Shown here one piece after another: positions 18,878 through 30,179 of a stretch of 64,000 bases of DNA. Position 1 is the stretch's first letter. Every line of letters begins with the position of its first letter. The notes under the pieces are model-generated. The model had not been told where the DNA came from. It saw only the letters and a list, made by a program, of their open reading frames with translations, and did not search any database. The stretch is from a virus. Taxonomy: Duplodnaviria > Caudoviricetes. A program made the translations under genes and the position numbers. The DNA lies in the IMG/VR virus record IMGVR_UViG_3300020048_000087, positions 1 to 64,000 of that record; one strand, written 5' to 3'.

Positions 18878-21800
18878 TTAATCAGTAGTAACTTCAGTAT
18901 CAATCCATTTTTTAGTAAACCTATCAAAAGCGGATTTCCCAATATTTAACCCAAAATAAAAGTGATATGGAGCTCCTGTATTTACAACTCTTTCCGCTTG
19001 AGGGACATTACTATCAGGTGCTGAATTTTTATCCCAATATTGGAGGTCAGCAGATTGTATTAAACTATTATCAACTGAATAAATATTCCCTCGATAATAT
19101 TTTGTCACCGAACTTCCGTTTGTTCTAAAATATCGTGAATTTCTCAACAACCTATCTAAATTTTGATAACCATAATTAAAAAAACTAGTACCCGAATATG
19201 GTTCAGTACTCCAATCGTTAAATTGACTACCAAAAATACTATCAGTAGGACCTGCACCATATAATGAACCCCCTGATGTAAAATCTTTATCCTCACCAGT
19301 ATTTGGCTTAATAAACCATTGATAAAATGGAACGACCTGAGTTTTAACTTTAATCGCCTCAAAAGCACAATCACTCAATGTTATTGGTGCGTCTTCATTG
19401 ATTATATTTCGTTTAGGTGTTAAATAATCTCTAACTTGGGTGATTGACGAAAAATACACCCCAAAAACACCATTATCAATTGTTCCACCATTATAAAATA
19501 AATCACAACTATCATAATTTTCATCACTAAACCCAACGGTTCCTATTTCAGAATTGATTGACAATAATTGAGCATAATCTCCATCTATTTTTAGATTTTC
19601 ACGACTAAAGAACTTTTTAATTGATGGTGTAGCAATTAACTTACTTAAAAAACTTCGATTTGTTAATCTTGAAATAATAAAGGTATTTAATAAGTCCGAC
19701 ACATCTTGGAAACTACTAGTATTTAAGTTTTTCATAACATACCCATCATAATCATTAGAAAATACAATCTCTTGTGTGTAAATATCTCTAGGACCTAAAT
19801 CCATCACAGTTGTCGGATACATTAAATTTTTACGATTACCTCCAAATGTGTTTTTAGTCAACCAATTCACAGGGTTTAATCTACCAACATACGAATCATT
19901 TGTATTATTATAAGGTGTTACTCTATAATAAAAATTATTACTATCTTGGTTAAAAAAAATATTGTTTTTACAATAACAATTATAAGGTTTATTTGCATCA
20001 GCTATAGGTGTTGTCGATGCCGGAGTAAATCTTCTTGAATTAGTGAAAGCAAAAGCAAATAATGTACCATTAACCCAATTATTTGTAAAATAATGTGCGA
20101 ACACATTTCGACAAGCTGCAAACGATACCAAAGTTCTTGCTCTCCATTCCGGTAATAGAGTAAATAAATCTAACTTTAACGTTTTAAATGGGACAGTAAC
20201 TAACAGATAACAACCACCCTGTAAAATTGTTTTAGGTTGTGGACCATAATCACTAGCTCCTGATTGTTCATTACTATAGCAAGCCTCCCCACCACTATTC
20301 GATATCGGTACAGGTCTTGGCCAAAAATTCATTCGTTGTTTAGGTGTATCATAATAATAACATCTAAGTGGTACTAAATTTTCACAAGAAAACGTACTTA
20401 ATAAATCACCACCACAACTAACTTCAGCATTCGCAAGTAAACTATCAGCAGAACCACCAACACCATCAACAGTTGATATTGTAGATAATGATGTTACACT
20501 ACCATCATTTGATATGATAAAAAACCCAAAATTATTGTTCCCCATCAAAGTATAACTAATATTACCCGGCCCGAATTCTTCATTAGATGAAGACGGTAAT
20601 CTGTCCGACCTCATAACTATTTGTCTACTATTAGACCCCAATGAAATATTCATATCTGTCGAATACCCATCACTTTTATATGTTATTGAAACATAAAGTG
20701 ATTGATGATTAATATCCCCCAAACTAAATTCACAAAAATTTAAGTTACCCGTTCTCAGTAAACCAACATTACCACCATCTAATATCTCATTATCGAAATA
20801 ACCTCGGTTATGTTTAAGGTTTATAGCTTGAGCGTTAGTACCATCATCACTTGTGGGTAAATTTTTATCAAGTTTAGGACAATTTAATCCTTGTTCAAAA
20901 TAATAAAGACCATATCCATTAGTAAACGACCCGAAATCCGCCAAATTATCATCACTATTGACCGTTAATGACGAACCCCCATCAACCAACCAAGCGCCTG
21001 ATGGTTGTCCCGCAACATTCACCAAACCATTTAAATACGAAGCGTCCGCACCATCAATTTTTGAATAAAATAAATGATTTTTTGTTGAGAATGGTGTAAA
21101 ACACCCCCAATTTACAGGTCGATAATTAGGGTCCGCAGTGTTAGGAACATAAGGTGACTGATTAACAGGATTAATTCCAGCAGGAACACCAGGTGAAGTC
21201 ACACTCGGTCCCCACATAAAAGATTCGTGATAGAACGATGTACTATTGGTAACTCTATGGTCAACACAAGTAAACCCACCCTGAATTGGGATGTTCATTC
21301 TACCCTTTACATCTTTAATAACATACCCAAAATCCTTTTTACCATATAATTTACTTAAATCGTATGATATGTTAGTTATAGGTGAATTAGGGTCAACACC
21401 TCTAACCATAAAAACCACCCTTAAATCGTCAGATTTATTATAATACCATCTAATCGGACCAGGAGTTCCTCCTCCTGAGTTTATCCCTGACCCAACAATA
21501 AAGTCAATTTTCTTACTAAAATTATCATCTGTATTAATAATACGATAACCACCATTTAATACTCTCGTATAAAATGAGTTTGGTAAGTCAGGTGTTTTAG
21601 AATTCACCGTCGCTAAATATTGTGACACTGAAACATTCTCAATTACTTGACAATACTCTAAGTCGATTGCAAATTTATGGTACGTAGTTTCAGAAGAACC
21701 CGTTATATCATAAGTAACAGTTGGGTTACTAGTATTAGTACCATTAGGATTCGCATAAGTAACAACTTTTTGAATATAATTAATTTTAGGGTCACCTAAA

Positions 21801-24331
21801 TATGGGACTCCAATATTTTTACCTAAAATACTATTAGTACCAAAATCATTAGCCGGAAAAACGTTTGTTAGATTAACATCCTTAGATAACGTAGGGTCAA
21901 CAAAAGTTAATAAAGTACCCTGTGGGAATTTACCCGAATCAGACGCATCAACTAACACCGCGATAACATTATCTAAGTGATATTTAGTACCTGTAAGACT
22001 ATTTGGGGTTGATGGCAAGGAACCACCATTCATATCAAGATTAAATCTAGCAGCAATTTGATTAACCCCACCTCCAGGATTACTTGAACTATCATCAAAA
22101 TATTTTGCTTTAGTATTAAATAAATTAAAACGTTCGTGCCACGGTAAATCAGTTGAGAATGTACGAACACAACCTAATATACACCCTTCCTTTTTCAAAT
22201 CTTCAGGAGTTCCTTTAGCGGATAAAGACAAAGGGTTTTGGGCCTCAACACCTGTAATTATCGAAGTGTCAAAAATCCTACCCCGACTAAAAACACCTGA
22301 CATACCACCAATCCAAGTACCACTACCTTCACTATAAGGACCTTTAAACGAACCATAATTCACTATATCACCAAAAGAACTATTAGATGTTTGAGCGTTC
22401 TCTAAAGCACTACCAGGTTCCGCCTTACCCGCAATAGGTTCTTGTGGGTCACAAGAACATAACTCACAATCAGGATACGTTATATTAGGTAGTTTTAAAA
22501 AAGTGTTTTGACATTTGTCCTCCATATCCTTAACCGTCCCATCTAGTTTTTCACAAGTTGGTACTAAAAAGTCAAGGAGTTCCTTTTTCGACATACGACA
22601 AATACTATCACGTATTACCGTAATAATTGGTTTTATAATATTACATAAAATCCAAAAGAATAAGTGAGATAAAAAGATTATAAAATATAATAACGGATAC
22701 GCTATCAACATTAGAAATTGGAATAATAAGAAAATAATATCTAATCTATACATCCCATCATTAGAGGGGAATTTATTATTTGTTGACTCACAAGTATCAT
22801 CAAGAATATTTTTAATAGCCACTATCCTATTATTTAACGACCCTTTACGATATTCACTAATTAATTGAGAAACGGTAAATACTTTATTGTATTGCATCTC
22901 ATAAAACCTATCTTGACAATTAATACCCTCCAAAACCATTTTTTCACCGGTTGTTGTTAAAACCCCCGCAGCGTCTTTTTCACCGTAATCATCCCAATCA
23001 AGACTAAAGGCGTATGATGCCTTAGCAGCTCTACCATTATTTGTTGTTGGAACCGTACTTGAATAAGTACAAGGGTTATCACCATTCCCAAAACCTGTTG
23101 AGAGATTAACTTTTTTACCCGTTAATGGGTCTGTACCATCAGCCGTTGCCCACCCATACTCTTTAATATTTGGGACTAAAAAACTCGCCCTTTTAACTCT
23201 TTCCCCTAAACTTGGTGGTTGATTCCACACAATCTTAAATCGGTACTTACCTTTGGTTGGGATACCTTTTTTAGGGTCTTTAGAAATTACTTGTTCACCA
23301 AATTCATTAGTTACAACATAATCAAGATTCATTGGTACATCAAACATCCAAGTACCATTATCATCAATAACTTGTCCACCCTCTTCAAAATCGGCAACTT
23401 CTAACGCCGGTCTACCTTTGGTATCCGTATATATTGTTTGTCTTATCGCTTGGATTTGTCCCGGCCCTGAAATCAAACTACATAATTGTCCTGATTTTAA
23501 CGCTGGTTTACATTTAAGTTTTAACGCTTGGTCTTCATTTGAAGATATCATTGACCCCATAAATATTGAGGTTGGTTGTATATTAACATTTTTCTCGGAC
23601 GACAAATCAAAGTCAGTCCTTGTTATACCTAAACTACACGTCGATTCATCACCCCATAATGGTTCAACCTCTAATGTTCGATTAATGGTTATAATTTGAG
23701 GTAATTCATTAATATTTGTTGACGATTTAAATTTAGTACCATTAACTTGTACCGGAGTAGCAATACCCATTCGAATCATATCTTGAGGCGATAATGAAAA
23801 TTCCCCAATATCTGACAAATCAACATTAACAACGATTGTTTGTGAACCGACGGGTACACCAAAAATCATATAATCCCCACTTTCATTGGTTACGGCGTTG
23901 TATTTAAAATACTTGTCATAAATCTCAATTTTAGTTGAGTTTGTTAATACTTCATTTTTAGTGAAGAATGAACCCGTAGGGACGTGATTACTATAAGATT
24001 GTTCTGTTGGTAATAAGTTATACCTATACCCGACATCATTAACTTGACTTAATGTCTTATACGGATATAAATCAGCTAATATCGGTTTATTAATCTCATC
24101 ATCAGATGATAATGGTATGAAAATTGAAACTTTAGCGTTAGGTATTCCAAAACCATTGTTAACACTAACACGACCAACTATGACACCATAATCCGTACAT
24201 TTTCGAGTATAAACTTGACTTTGTAATAATTTTAACGATAAAATCTCAAGGTATTCAAAATCTTGGTCAATTCTGACTCTAATTGATTTGTCAACTCCTG
24301 GTGTTGTTCTTATTCTGTATGAATTCGACAT
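18878..24331 (-). CDS. 1817-aa virion protein with N-terminal prealbumin/carboxypeptidase-regulatory-like fold and an internal hydrophobic segment
   Basis: GVIVGRVSVNNGFGIPNAKVSIF...TNESGDYMIFGVPVG is a beta-sandwich pattern. IIFLLFQFLMLIAYPLLYFIIFLSHLFFWILCNII is strongly hydrophobic. Confidence 0.55.
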   Translation of the reverse strand: MSNSYRIRTTPGVDKSIRVRIDQDFEYLEILSLKLLQSQVYTRKCTDYGVIVGRVSVNNGFGIPNAKVSIFIPLSSDDEINKPILADLYPYKTLSQVNDVGYRYNLLPTEQSYSNHVPTGSFFTKNEVLTNSTKIEIYDKYFKYNAVTNESGDYMIFGVPVGSQTIVVNVDLSDIGEFSLSPQDMIRMGIATPVQVNGTKFKSSTNINELPQIITINRTLEVEPLWGDESTCSLGITRTDFDLSSEKNVNIQPTSIFMGSMISSNEDQALKLKCKPALKSGQLCSLISGPGQIQAIRQTIYTDTKGRPALEVADFEEGGQVIDDNGTWMFDVPMNLDYVVTNEFGEQVISKDPKKGIPTKGKYRFKIVWNQPPSLGERVKRASFLVPNIKEYGWATADGTDPLTGKKVNLSTGFGNGDNPCTYSSTVPTTNNGRAAKASYAFSLDWDDYGEKDAAGVLTTTGEKMVLEGINCQDRFYEMQYNKVFTVSQLISEYRKGSLNNRIVAIKNILDDTCESTNNKFPSNDGMYRLDIIFLLFQFLMLIAYPLLYFIIFLSHLFFWILCNIIKPIITVIRDSICRMSKKELLDFLVPTCEKLDGTVKDMEDKCQNTFLKLPNITYPDCELCSCDPQEPIAGKAEPGSALENAQTSNSSFGDIVNYGSFKGPYSEGSGTWIGGMSGVFSRGRIFDTSIITGVEAQNPLSLSAKGTPEDLKKEGCILGCVRTFSTDLPWHERFNLFNTKAKYFDDSSSNPGGGVNQIAARFNLDMNGGSLPSTPNSLTGTKYHLDNVIAVLVDASDSGKFPQGTLLTFVDPTLSKDVNLTNVFPANDFGTNSILGKNIGVPYLGDPKINYIQKVVTYANPNGTNTSNPTVTYDITGSSETTYHKFAIDLEYCQVIENVSVSQYLATVNSKTPDLPNSFYTRVLNGGYRIINTDDNFSKKIDFIVGSGINSGGGTPGPIRWYYNKSDDLRVVFMVRGVDPNSPITNISYDLSKLYGKKDFGYVIKDVKGRMNIPIQGGFTCVDHRVTNSTSFYHESFMWGPSVTSPGVPAGINPVNQSPYVPNTADPNYRPVNWGCFTPFSTKNHLFYSKIDGADASYLNGLVNVAGQPSGAWLVDGGSSLTVNSDDNLADFGSFTNGYGLYYFEQGLNCPKLDKNLPTSDDGTNAQAINLKHNRGYFDNEILDGGNVGLLRTGNLNFCEFSLGDINHQSLYVSITYKSDGYSTDMNISLGSNSRQIVMRSDRLPSSSNEEFGPGNISYTLMGNNNFGFFIISNDGSVTSLSTISTVDGVGGSADSLLANAEVSCGGDLLSTFSCENLVPLRCYYYDTPKQRMNFWPRPVPISNSGGEACYSNEQSGASDYGPQPKTILQGGCYLLVTVPFKTLKLDLFTLLPEWRARTLVSFAACRNVFAHYFTNNWVNGTLFAFAFTNSRRFTPASTTPIADANKPYNCYCKNNIFFNQDSNNFYYRVTPYNNTNDSYVGRLNPVNWLTKNTFGGNRKNLMYPTTVMDLGPRDIYTQEIVFSNDYDGYVMKNLNTSSFQDVSDLLNTFIISRLTNRSFLSKLIATPSIKKFFSRENLKIDGDYAQLLSINSEIGTVGFSDENYDSCDLFYNGGTIDNGVFGVYFSSITQVRDYLTPKRNIINEDAPITLSDCAFEAIKVKTQVVPFYQWFIKPNTGEDKDFTSGGSLYGAGPTDSIFGSQFNDWSTEPYSGTSFFNYGYQNLDRLLRNSRYFRTNGSSVTKYYRGNIYSVDNSLIQSADLQYWDKNSAPDSNVPQAERVVNTGAPYHFYFGLNIGKSAFDRFTKKWIDTEVTTD

Positions 24332-24402
24332 TTAATTCTTTTAAAATAAATAGTTTATCTGCTATTTTTAAAATATAAATGATTATAATTCAAAATAAAT
24401 CA

Positions 24403-26241
24403 TCAAGTGAATTTAGTCGTTGTAAGATTTTTAACTCTAACGTTAATATCTTTACTTGGATATCTAATTTGGTAGGATTGACTTGGTTGAGCAAATATGG
24501 TATCATCAATCAACTTGATTTCTCTTGTCTGAGAATCTGAATATGGTTGTGACGTTTGTGATGACGAATATTGTCCACCAACTTTATTGAATACTTTAAT
24601 ATCTGAAATTGAAACCACCCCATTTTGTGTTTGTATTAATCTTCTAAGTTCTGAGATTATAATATCCTGACCCATTTGTAAATTACCAGGTTCAAAATAA
24701 TTTGAGATTATTGTTATAATTTGAGATATAACGGACCCTTGGTTTTGACTACTACTTAAAACAACATCAATTGTAAACCCTAAGTCAATCACGTTAGCCG
24801 TCTGAATTGAGATATAATCATTCATCATTCGATAATTTGATAAATAATTCGCCACATTACTTTTTAAAGTCTCTGAGATTATTTCAGTTAATTTACCCGA
24901 CTCATCATAAGATAACATCTTGATAATAATCTTATTATTTTCTTCAGTAATCGCCACTTTAGCCGGTGCTCCAAATTGTGAAGGCATTGTTCTAATTAAC
25001 GAATCATAGTCATTAACCGTCACCGCTCTATTTTGAGCTGAAAAGTTAAATGATACTAAATTTCTTACCTCCTCAATTGTCGGGAAATCCGCCCCACCAA
25101 TTGCCGCAGTTACGTTGGTACATCTTAATGAATTAACAACAGTTGTGTTTATAGACTCTGAAGGTCCGTTCACAAAGAAAGAAACAGTCCCTATTTGAGT
25201 GATAACATTAACACCTAAATTACTAGATGTTCCCCCACCTATTCTATATTGAACAAATAACGTTGTATTAGCCTTTAACGTACTACCTAACGCTAAATTG
25301 TTAGAATACTTATACAAATTCAAATTCATACCATTTTTGGCAAATTCTCTAAGTTGTTCATCGGCAGATTGACTACCACCACCAAAAGTCATTTTAAGGA
25401 AACCTTCAGGGGTGTATTCTGTGATAAATTTATCACTTGTTGATAGATATCTCCCAACTTTAAGTCCGGGACTATCAGACACCTTTGTAGGGTCCTCAAC
25501 AAACACTCTATCCTCAGCTAACGCTCTAACTTCGTACCATCTATTTTCTAAACCTAAAAATTCACTATTCGAAGGGACATTACCATATTGTGTACCATCT
25601 TTAAGTAAGACGCTAGTTATACCTAACACATTTTTTTCAGGTAAAAATGTTTCATAAAAAGGTTTAACATCATTTGGTGTTATAACTTTTTTAAATACTT
25701 TTGTAACACCATTAACAACGGTTTCTCGTTTAGTAATGGTATAATTAATTAATTTATTATTTGAATCAAAATTAGGTACTTTTAATCTATTTGGGAATCC
25801 ATCACCATTTATAGGTGACGCAAAATCAATATCGTAAACCGTTTCAAATACTTGACCAGCACCATTAACTTGAGAACCACGTCTTAATAGACCACAATAC
25901 CTTAAATCTTCTTTATCACCATAAGCCGGCACCGTAATTGATAAATCAACTAACGCAACTGAAGGTCTTTGACCCGGTACTTTTAAACCATAAGTTCTCG
26001 CAATATTATATATTGAAGACCTTTGTTGAGCATATTGTAACACCGTTTCCTGAATACTTCTATCAATGTTAAATTGTAAGTTATCAGTTACCGCAGCATT
26101 TAAATCCAATAACACGGAGAACACCGCAGCGTCATTAACGTTACTAATTAAATCGGGATAATAAGTCCTTGTAAAGTTAATTAACTCAGTTCTTATTGAT
26201 TGGAAATCCCTCGTTGTATACGAAATTTTCTTATTAGCCAT
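24403..26241 (-). CDS. gp6: Baseplate wedge protein, T4 gp6 / baseplate J-like
   Basis: ISYTTRDFQSIRTELI, LQYAQQRSSIYNIARTYG and AQNRAVTVNDY are typical of gp6; adjacent to gp25. Confidence 0.85.
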   Translation of the reverse strand: MANKKISYTTRDFQSIRTELINFTRTYYPDLISNVNDAAVFSVLLDLNAAVTDNLQFNIDRSIQETVLQYAQQRSSIYNIARTYGLKVPGQRPSVALVDLSITVPAYGDKEDLRYCGLLRRGSQVNGAGQVFETVYDIDFASPINGDGFPNRLKVPNFDSNNKLINYTITKRETVVNGVTKVFKKVITPNDVKPFYETFLPEKNVLGITSVLLKDGTQYGNVPSNSEFLGLENRWYEVRALAEDRVFVEDPTKVSDSPGLKVGRYLSTSDKFITEYTPEGFLKMTFGGGSQSADEQLREFAKNGMNLNLYKYSNNLALGSTLKANTTLFVQYRIGGGTSSNLGVNVITQIGTVSFFVNGPSESINTTVVNSLRCTNVTAAIGGADFPTIEEVRNLVSFNFSAQNRAVTVNDYDSLIRTMPSQFGAPAKVAITEENNKIIIKMLSYDESGKLTEIISETLKSNVANYLSNYRMMNDYISIQTANVIDLGFTIDVVLSSSQNQGSVISQIITIISNYFEPGNLQMGQDIIISELRRLIQTQNGVVSISDIKVFNKVGGQYSSSQTSQPYSDSQTREIKLIDDTIFAQPSQSYQIRYPSKDINVRVKNLTTTKFT

Positions 26242-26242
26242 A

Positions 26243-26701
26243 TTATAAATTTATAATTACAAAATCACTTGAACTGAACGCATCGTCATTTAACAAGTAA
26301 TCAATTTTAATTTTTGCGGTATGTTCTTTGGTTCCAATTCCTGGTACTCTAAATACCCTTTCATCATTGCCATTAACATAACTACCCATATCTTCTTCAG
26401 CGTCAGACGCAGCAGTTACCGAAATATTAGTTATAGTTATCCCCGGAATATATTCTTTAACAGAATCCCTTATTTCTGATTCAATTTCAGAATATGTCGG
26501 ACCATCCATTGGTTCAAATATATATTCGTATAATCTCGACCCAAAATCGGGTAAATAATATCTAGTACCTTTTCTTGTAAGTAAAAGATGTATCAAATTA
26601 GTACGTATTTCTTCCTGATTACTTTCAGATAAATCTAAATACTTACCATCGTAAGAATCCCTAAAAGGGAAATTAATACCATATGTTATTCCGTTCGCCA
26701 T
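26243..26701 (-). CDS. gp25: Baseplate wedge protein gp25 (sheath initiator)
   Basis: IRTNLIHLLLTRKGTRYYLPDFGSRLYEYIFEP is the gp25 signature. True start is likely MANG at 26701 (the track's start lies inside the upstream terminator). Confidence 0.9.
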   Translation of the reverse strand: MANGITYGINFPFRDSYDGKYLDLSESNQEEIRTNLIHLLLTRKGTRYYLPDFGSRLYEYIFEPMDGPTYSEIESEIRDSVKEYIPGITITNISVTAASDAEEDMGSYVNGNDERVFRVPGIGTKEHTAKIKIDYLLNDDAFSSSDFVIINL

Positions 26702-26751
26702 ATAACATAAATATAATGTGGTAATAAATTTTTTGTATATCGTTATAAAAT

Positions 26752-26781
26752 AAAAAACTCCCGACAATGCCGAGAGTTTTT
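26752..26781 (-). terminator. Intrinsic terminator after nrdA
   Basis: Minus strand ACTCTCGG-cattg-TCGGGAGT followed by a T-tract. Confidence 0.7.
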
Positions 26782-26796
26782 AAATTTTACGATTTA

Positions 26797-29211
26797 TTAT
26801 GAAGAACATCCAAAACATTCGAATTCAGAATCCGCAGGTTTTGGTGGTGCGACATTAACAATTGGTTTTTCATTAACAGGTTTATCTCGTCTTGACATAT
26901 CAACCGCCAAGTGTTTAGCCCCTGTTGAAATTGCTTTAGTTCGGATATAATAACTTAATGTTTTCAACCCTTTCTCCCATCCGTGGAAGTGTGATGAGGT
27001 TATTTTTGACAATGTTGGGTTACCCATATAAACATTCATTGATTGTGATTGGTCAATAAAAGGAGCCCTTTCAGCCGCCATATCAATCAATTCTCTTTGT
27101 GATATTTCCCAAATTGTTTTATATTTCACCATTAAGTGTTCAATACGTGTTACTTTTTTGTTGTAGTGTTTATCCTCAACATCAAGATAATTGTTGAAGT
27201 TAATGTTTTGAATTGAACCCTCATTTATAATGATATCATTTTTCAAATCTTCACACCAAATACCAATTTTCTCAAAATCTTGGATTAAATATTTATTTAC
27301 TATCAAAATCTCTCCACCTACAACACGTCTATTAAACAACGCCGAATGAGCGGGTTCCGTCATTTCAAATGAACCTGTTATTTTTGCTGAAGACGCAACA
27401 GGCATCTGAGCAGTAAATAACGAGTTACAAATTCCGTGTAACGAAACACTTTCTTTTAATGAGTTCCAATCCCACATACCCGATAAATTATCTTCAGTTA
27501 AACCCCACATATCAAATTGGAACGTTCCTTTTGACATTGGTGAACCTTCAAAGAATTTATATGGTTCGTATTTTTCCTCAATACACAATTGATTACTTTC
27601 AGTAATAGCCGCAAAATAAATCGTTTCAAATATTTCTTTATTTAATTTTCTCGCCTCATCAGAAGTGAATACGTAGTCCATTAAATAAAATACGTCAGCC
27701 AATCCCTGAACACCAATAGCAATTGCTCTTTGTTCTAAACCACCTTTAACACCTTTACTAGTTGAATAACTATTAATTTTAATAACTTTATTTAACGTTC
27801 TTGTTACTTTTCTAACCTCATCAAATAACAATTTGAAGTCGAATTTACCATCAATAATGAAGTTTTTCAATACCATAGAAGATAACGTACAAATCGCTGT
27901 TGTGTCCTCATCAGTATATTGGAATATCTCAGCACATAAGTTAGATTGACGAATAACACCAATATTTTGATGATTAGTCTTTTTATTTGCATTGTCTTTA
28001 GAACATAAATAAGGGACACCTGTTTCAATTTGGGATTCAATAATTTTAGTCCAAACTTCAGTTGCACTTACTTTTTTACCAAGACCTAACTCAACCGCTT
28101 TTGCATAAGTTTCTTCATATTCTTGACCATAAGACTCTTGTAATGGTTTTAGACCGGCCTTCTTAATATCATTAGGACAGAACAAATACCAATCAGAGTT
28201 ATTTTTAACTGCGTGCATAAAGTTATCAGGAATCCATAATGCCGTGAACAAATCTCTCGCTCTTAACTCATCTTTACCCGTATTCTTTTTGATATCTAAT
28301 AAGTCAAAAATATCTTTGTGCCAAGGTTCGATGTAGATAGCCGCACTACCAGGTCTTCTACCTTGTTGATTAAAGAATCTTAACGATTCGTTAACAATTT
28401 TAAGATACTTTAACAATCCACCCGCAAATCCACCTGAAGTTGTAATACGACTTTCTTTACTTCTTTGATTTGACATACATAATCCAATACCCGCAGCGTC
28501 AGAAGAATAAGTTGAGATATCATTCAATGTACCTAATAATCCTTGTCTTGAATCGGAATTGTTGTAATGTAATACACAAGACGCTAACTGAGGAATTAAT
28601 GTTCCTGAGTTAATCATAATTGGCGTTGCTTTAGAGATTCTTTGTTCTGACAATGATTTGTAGTAATCAACTGCCTCTTCAAAAGAATCTGTTACCCATA
28701 ACGCAATCCTCATATACATATGTTGGGGTCTCTCAATTGCCTTACCATTAGGTAATTTCAACAAATACATTTCCTGTAATGCTTTCCAAGCGAAAAAATC
28801 GAAGTTATAATCATTTTCGTGATTAATTAACGAATCAATATTACTTGGCCCGTATTTCTCAATAACACTCATCAAATTATCGTGTATAACACCTTCCGTG
28901 TGTAATACGTGCATAGTTTCAGAAAAACTTTCAATTGTGTCTTTATGATACGCCGAAATAGCGACAGAAGATGCTAATCTTGAGTAATCGTGATGACTAC
29001 CTGTGTATGATGAAGCAATTTCATACACCAATTTATCCAACTCTTTAGTTGTGATAAACCCCTCAGTTGGTAGAGAAGTCGTTACTTTAATGAATATCTC
29101 ATCAAAGTTAACGTTAAGACCTTTCGCGGCCTTTTTAACTCTATTGTAAATTTTTTGGGGGTTAAATGATTGTTTCTCCCCGTTTCTTTTTTTAATTTTT
29201 AATGACATCAT
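26797..29211 (-). CDS. nrdA: Ribonucleoside-diphosphate reductase class Ia alpha subunit with ATP cone
   Basis: N-terminal ATP cone (IKKRNGEKQSFN); QLASC, QSNLCAEI, ICTLSS and YYIRT motifs; C-terminal CFGC. Confidence 0.97.
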   Translation of the reverse strand: MMSLKIKKRNGEKQSFNPQKIYNRVKKAAKGLNVNFDEIFIKVTTSLPTEGFITTKELDKLVYEIASSYTGSHHDYSRLASSVAISAYHKDTIESFSETMHVLHTEGVIHDNLMSVIEKYGPSNIDSLINHENDYNFDFFAWKALQEMYLLKLPNGKAIERPQHMYMRIALWVTDSFEEAVDYYKSLSEQRISKATPIMINSGTLIPQLASCVLHYNNSDSRQGLLGTLNDISTYSSDAAGIGLCMSNQRSKESRITTSGGFAGGLLKYLKIVNESLRFFNQQGRRPGSAAIYIEPWHKDIFDLLDIKKNTGKDELRARDLFTALWIPDNFMHAVKNNSDWYLFCPNDIKKAGLKPLQESYGQEYEETYAKAVELGLGKKVSATEVWTKIIESQIETGVPYLCSKDNANKKTNHQNIGVIRQSNLCAEIFQYTDEDTTAICTLSSMVLKNFIIDGKFDFKLLFDEVRKVTRTLNKVIKINSYSTSKGVKGGLEQRAIAIGVQGLADVFYLMDYVFTSDEARKLNKEIFETIYFAAITESNQLCIEEKYEPYKFFEGSPMSKGTFQFDMWGLTEDNLSGMWDWNSLKESVSLHGICNSLFTAQMPVASSAKITGSFEMTEPAHSALFNRRVVGGEILIVNKYLIQDFEKIGIWCEDLKNDIIINEGSIQNINFNNYLDVEDKHYNKKVTRIEHLMVKYKTIWEISQRELIDMAAERAPFIDQSQSMNVYMGNPTLSKITSSHFHGWEKGLKTLSYYIRTKAISTGAKHLAVDMSRRDKPVNEKPIVNVAPPKPADSEFECFGCSS

Positions 29212-29229
29212 AATGTTTATAATATTTTA

Positions 29230-30177
29230 TTAAAACTCGTCAGTGAACGAAATTGTCTCATTCAACTTCGCTTTTTGGTATTCAAGGGTTCTATTCTCAA
29301 AGAAATTCCCTTTAGTTTCTACCGCAATCTGTTCCATAAATTTGAAAGGTTGTTCAACATTGAATTCTTTACTACAACCTAACTTATATAAAAGACCATC
29401 CACTACAAATTCTAAATATTGTTTCATTAGGTTTTGGTTCATACCAATCAATGAAACAGGTAAAGATTCTGTTACAAATTCTAACTCAATTTCCAAAGCC
29501 GAAAGTAAAATTTCTTTGATACGTTTTTCACTTGGTCTGTCAACAATATGTTTGTTTAATAAGTGAATAGCGAAGTCACAATGAAGATTTTCGTCTTTAA
29601 AGATTAAGGAATTAGCATCACATAAACCCTGCATAATACCTCTTGATTTTAACCAAAATATCGAACAAAATGAACCTGAAAAAAATATTCCTTCAACCGC
29701 AACAAAAGCGATTAATCTTTCTTGAAACGATGCGTTATCTATCCAATCCAACGCCCATTTAGCTTTCTTTTGAACTGCCGGTAATCTATCAATTGCGTGA
29801 AAACAATCGTCTTTATCTTTACTATCTGAAATGTAAGTATCAATTAATAATGAGTAAGTTAATGAATGTTCATTTTCCATCATAACTTGAAACCCGTAGA
29901 AAAACTTAGCTTCAGGGATTTGTACTTCCCTCGCAAAATTTTCTGCGATATTTTCATTTACAATACCATCCGAAGCCGCAAAGAACGCTAAGATATTCTT
30001 AATGAAGTATCTTTCATTGTCAGATAAATTCTCCCAATCTCTAATATCTTCACTTAAATCAAATTCCTCAGCCGTCCAAAACGCTGCTTTATGGTTCGTA
30101 TAGAATTCCCAAATATCGTGGTATTGTATTGGAAATACGACAAATCTGTCGGGGTTTGGCGCTAATAAGTATTCCAT
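29230..30177 (-). CDS. nrdB: Ribonucleoside-diphosphate reductase class Ia beta subunit
   Basis: [20 protein letters not shown] (radical Tyr), VEGIFFSG and DENLH di-iron motifs. Confidence 0.97.
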   Translation of the reverse strand: MEYLLAPNPDRFVVFPIQYHDIWEFYTNHKAAFWTAEEFDLSEDIRDWENLSDNERYFIKNILAFFAASDGIVNENIAENFAREVQIPEAKFFYGFQVMMENEHSLTYSLLIDTYISDSKDKDDCFHAIDRLPAVQKKAKWALDWIDNASFQERLIAFVAVEGIFFSGSFCSIFWLKSRGIMQGLCDANSLIFKDENLHCDFAIHLLNKHIVDRPSEKRIKEILLSALEIELEFVTESLPVSLIGMNQNLMKQYLEFVVDGLLYKLGCSKEFNVEQPFKFMEQIAVETKGNFFENRTLEYQKAKLNETISFTDEF

Positions 30178-30179
30178 AA

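Noticed and set aside
26797-30177. Introns, inteins or homing endonucleases in nrdA/nrdB
   Set aside because: Both ORFs are continuous and of normal length with all motifs in order.
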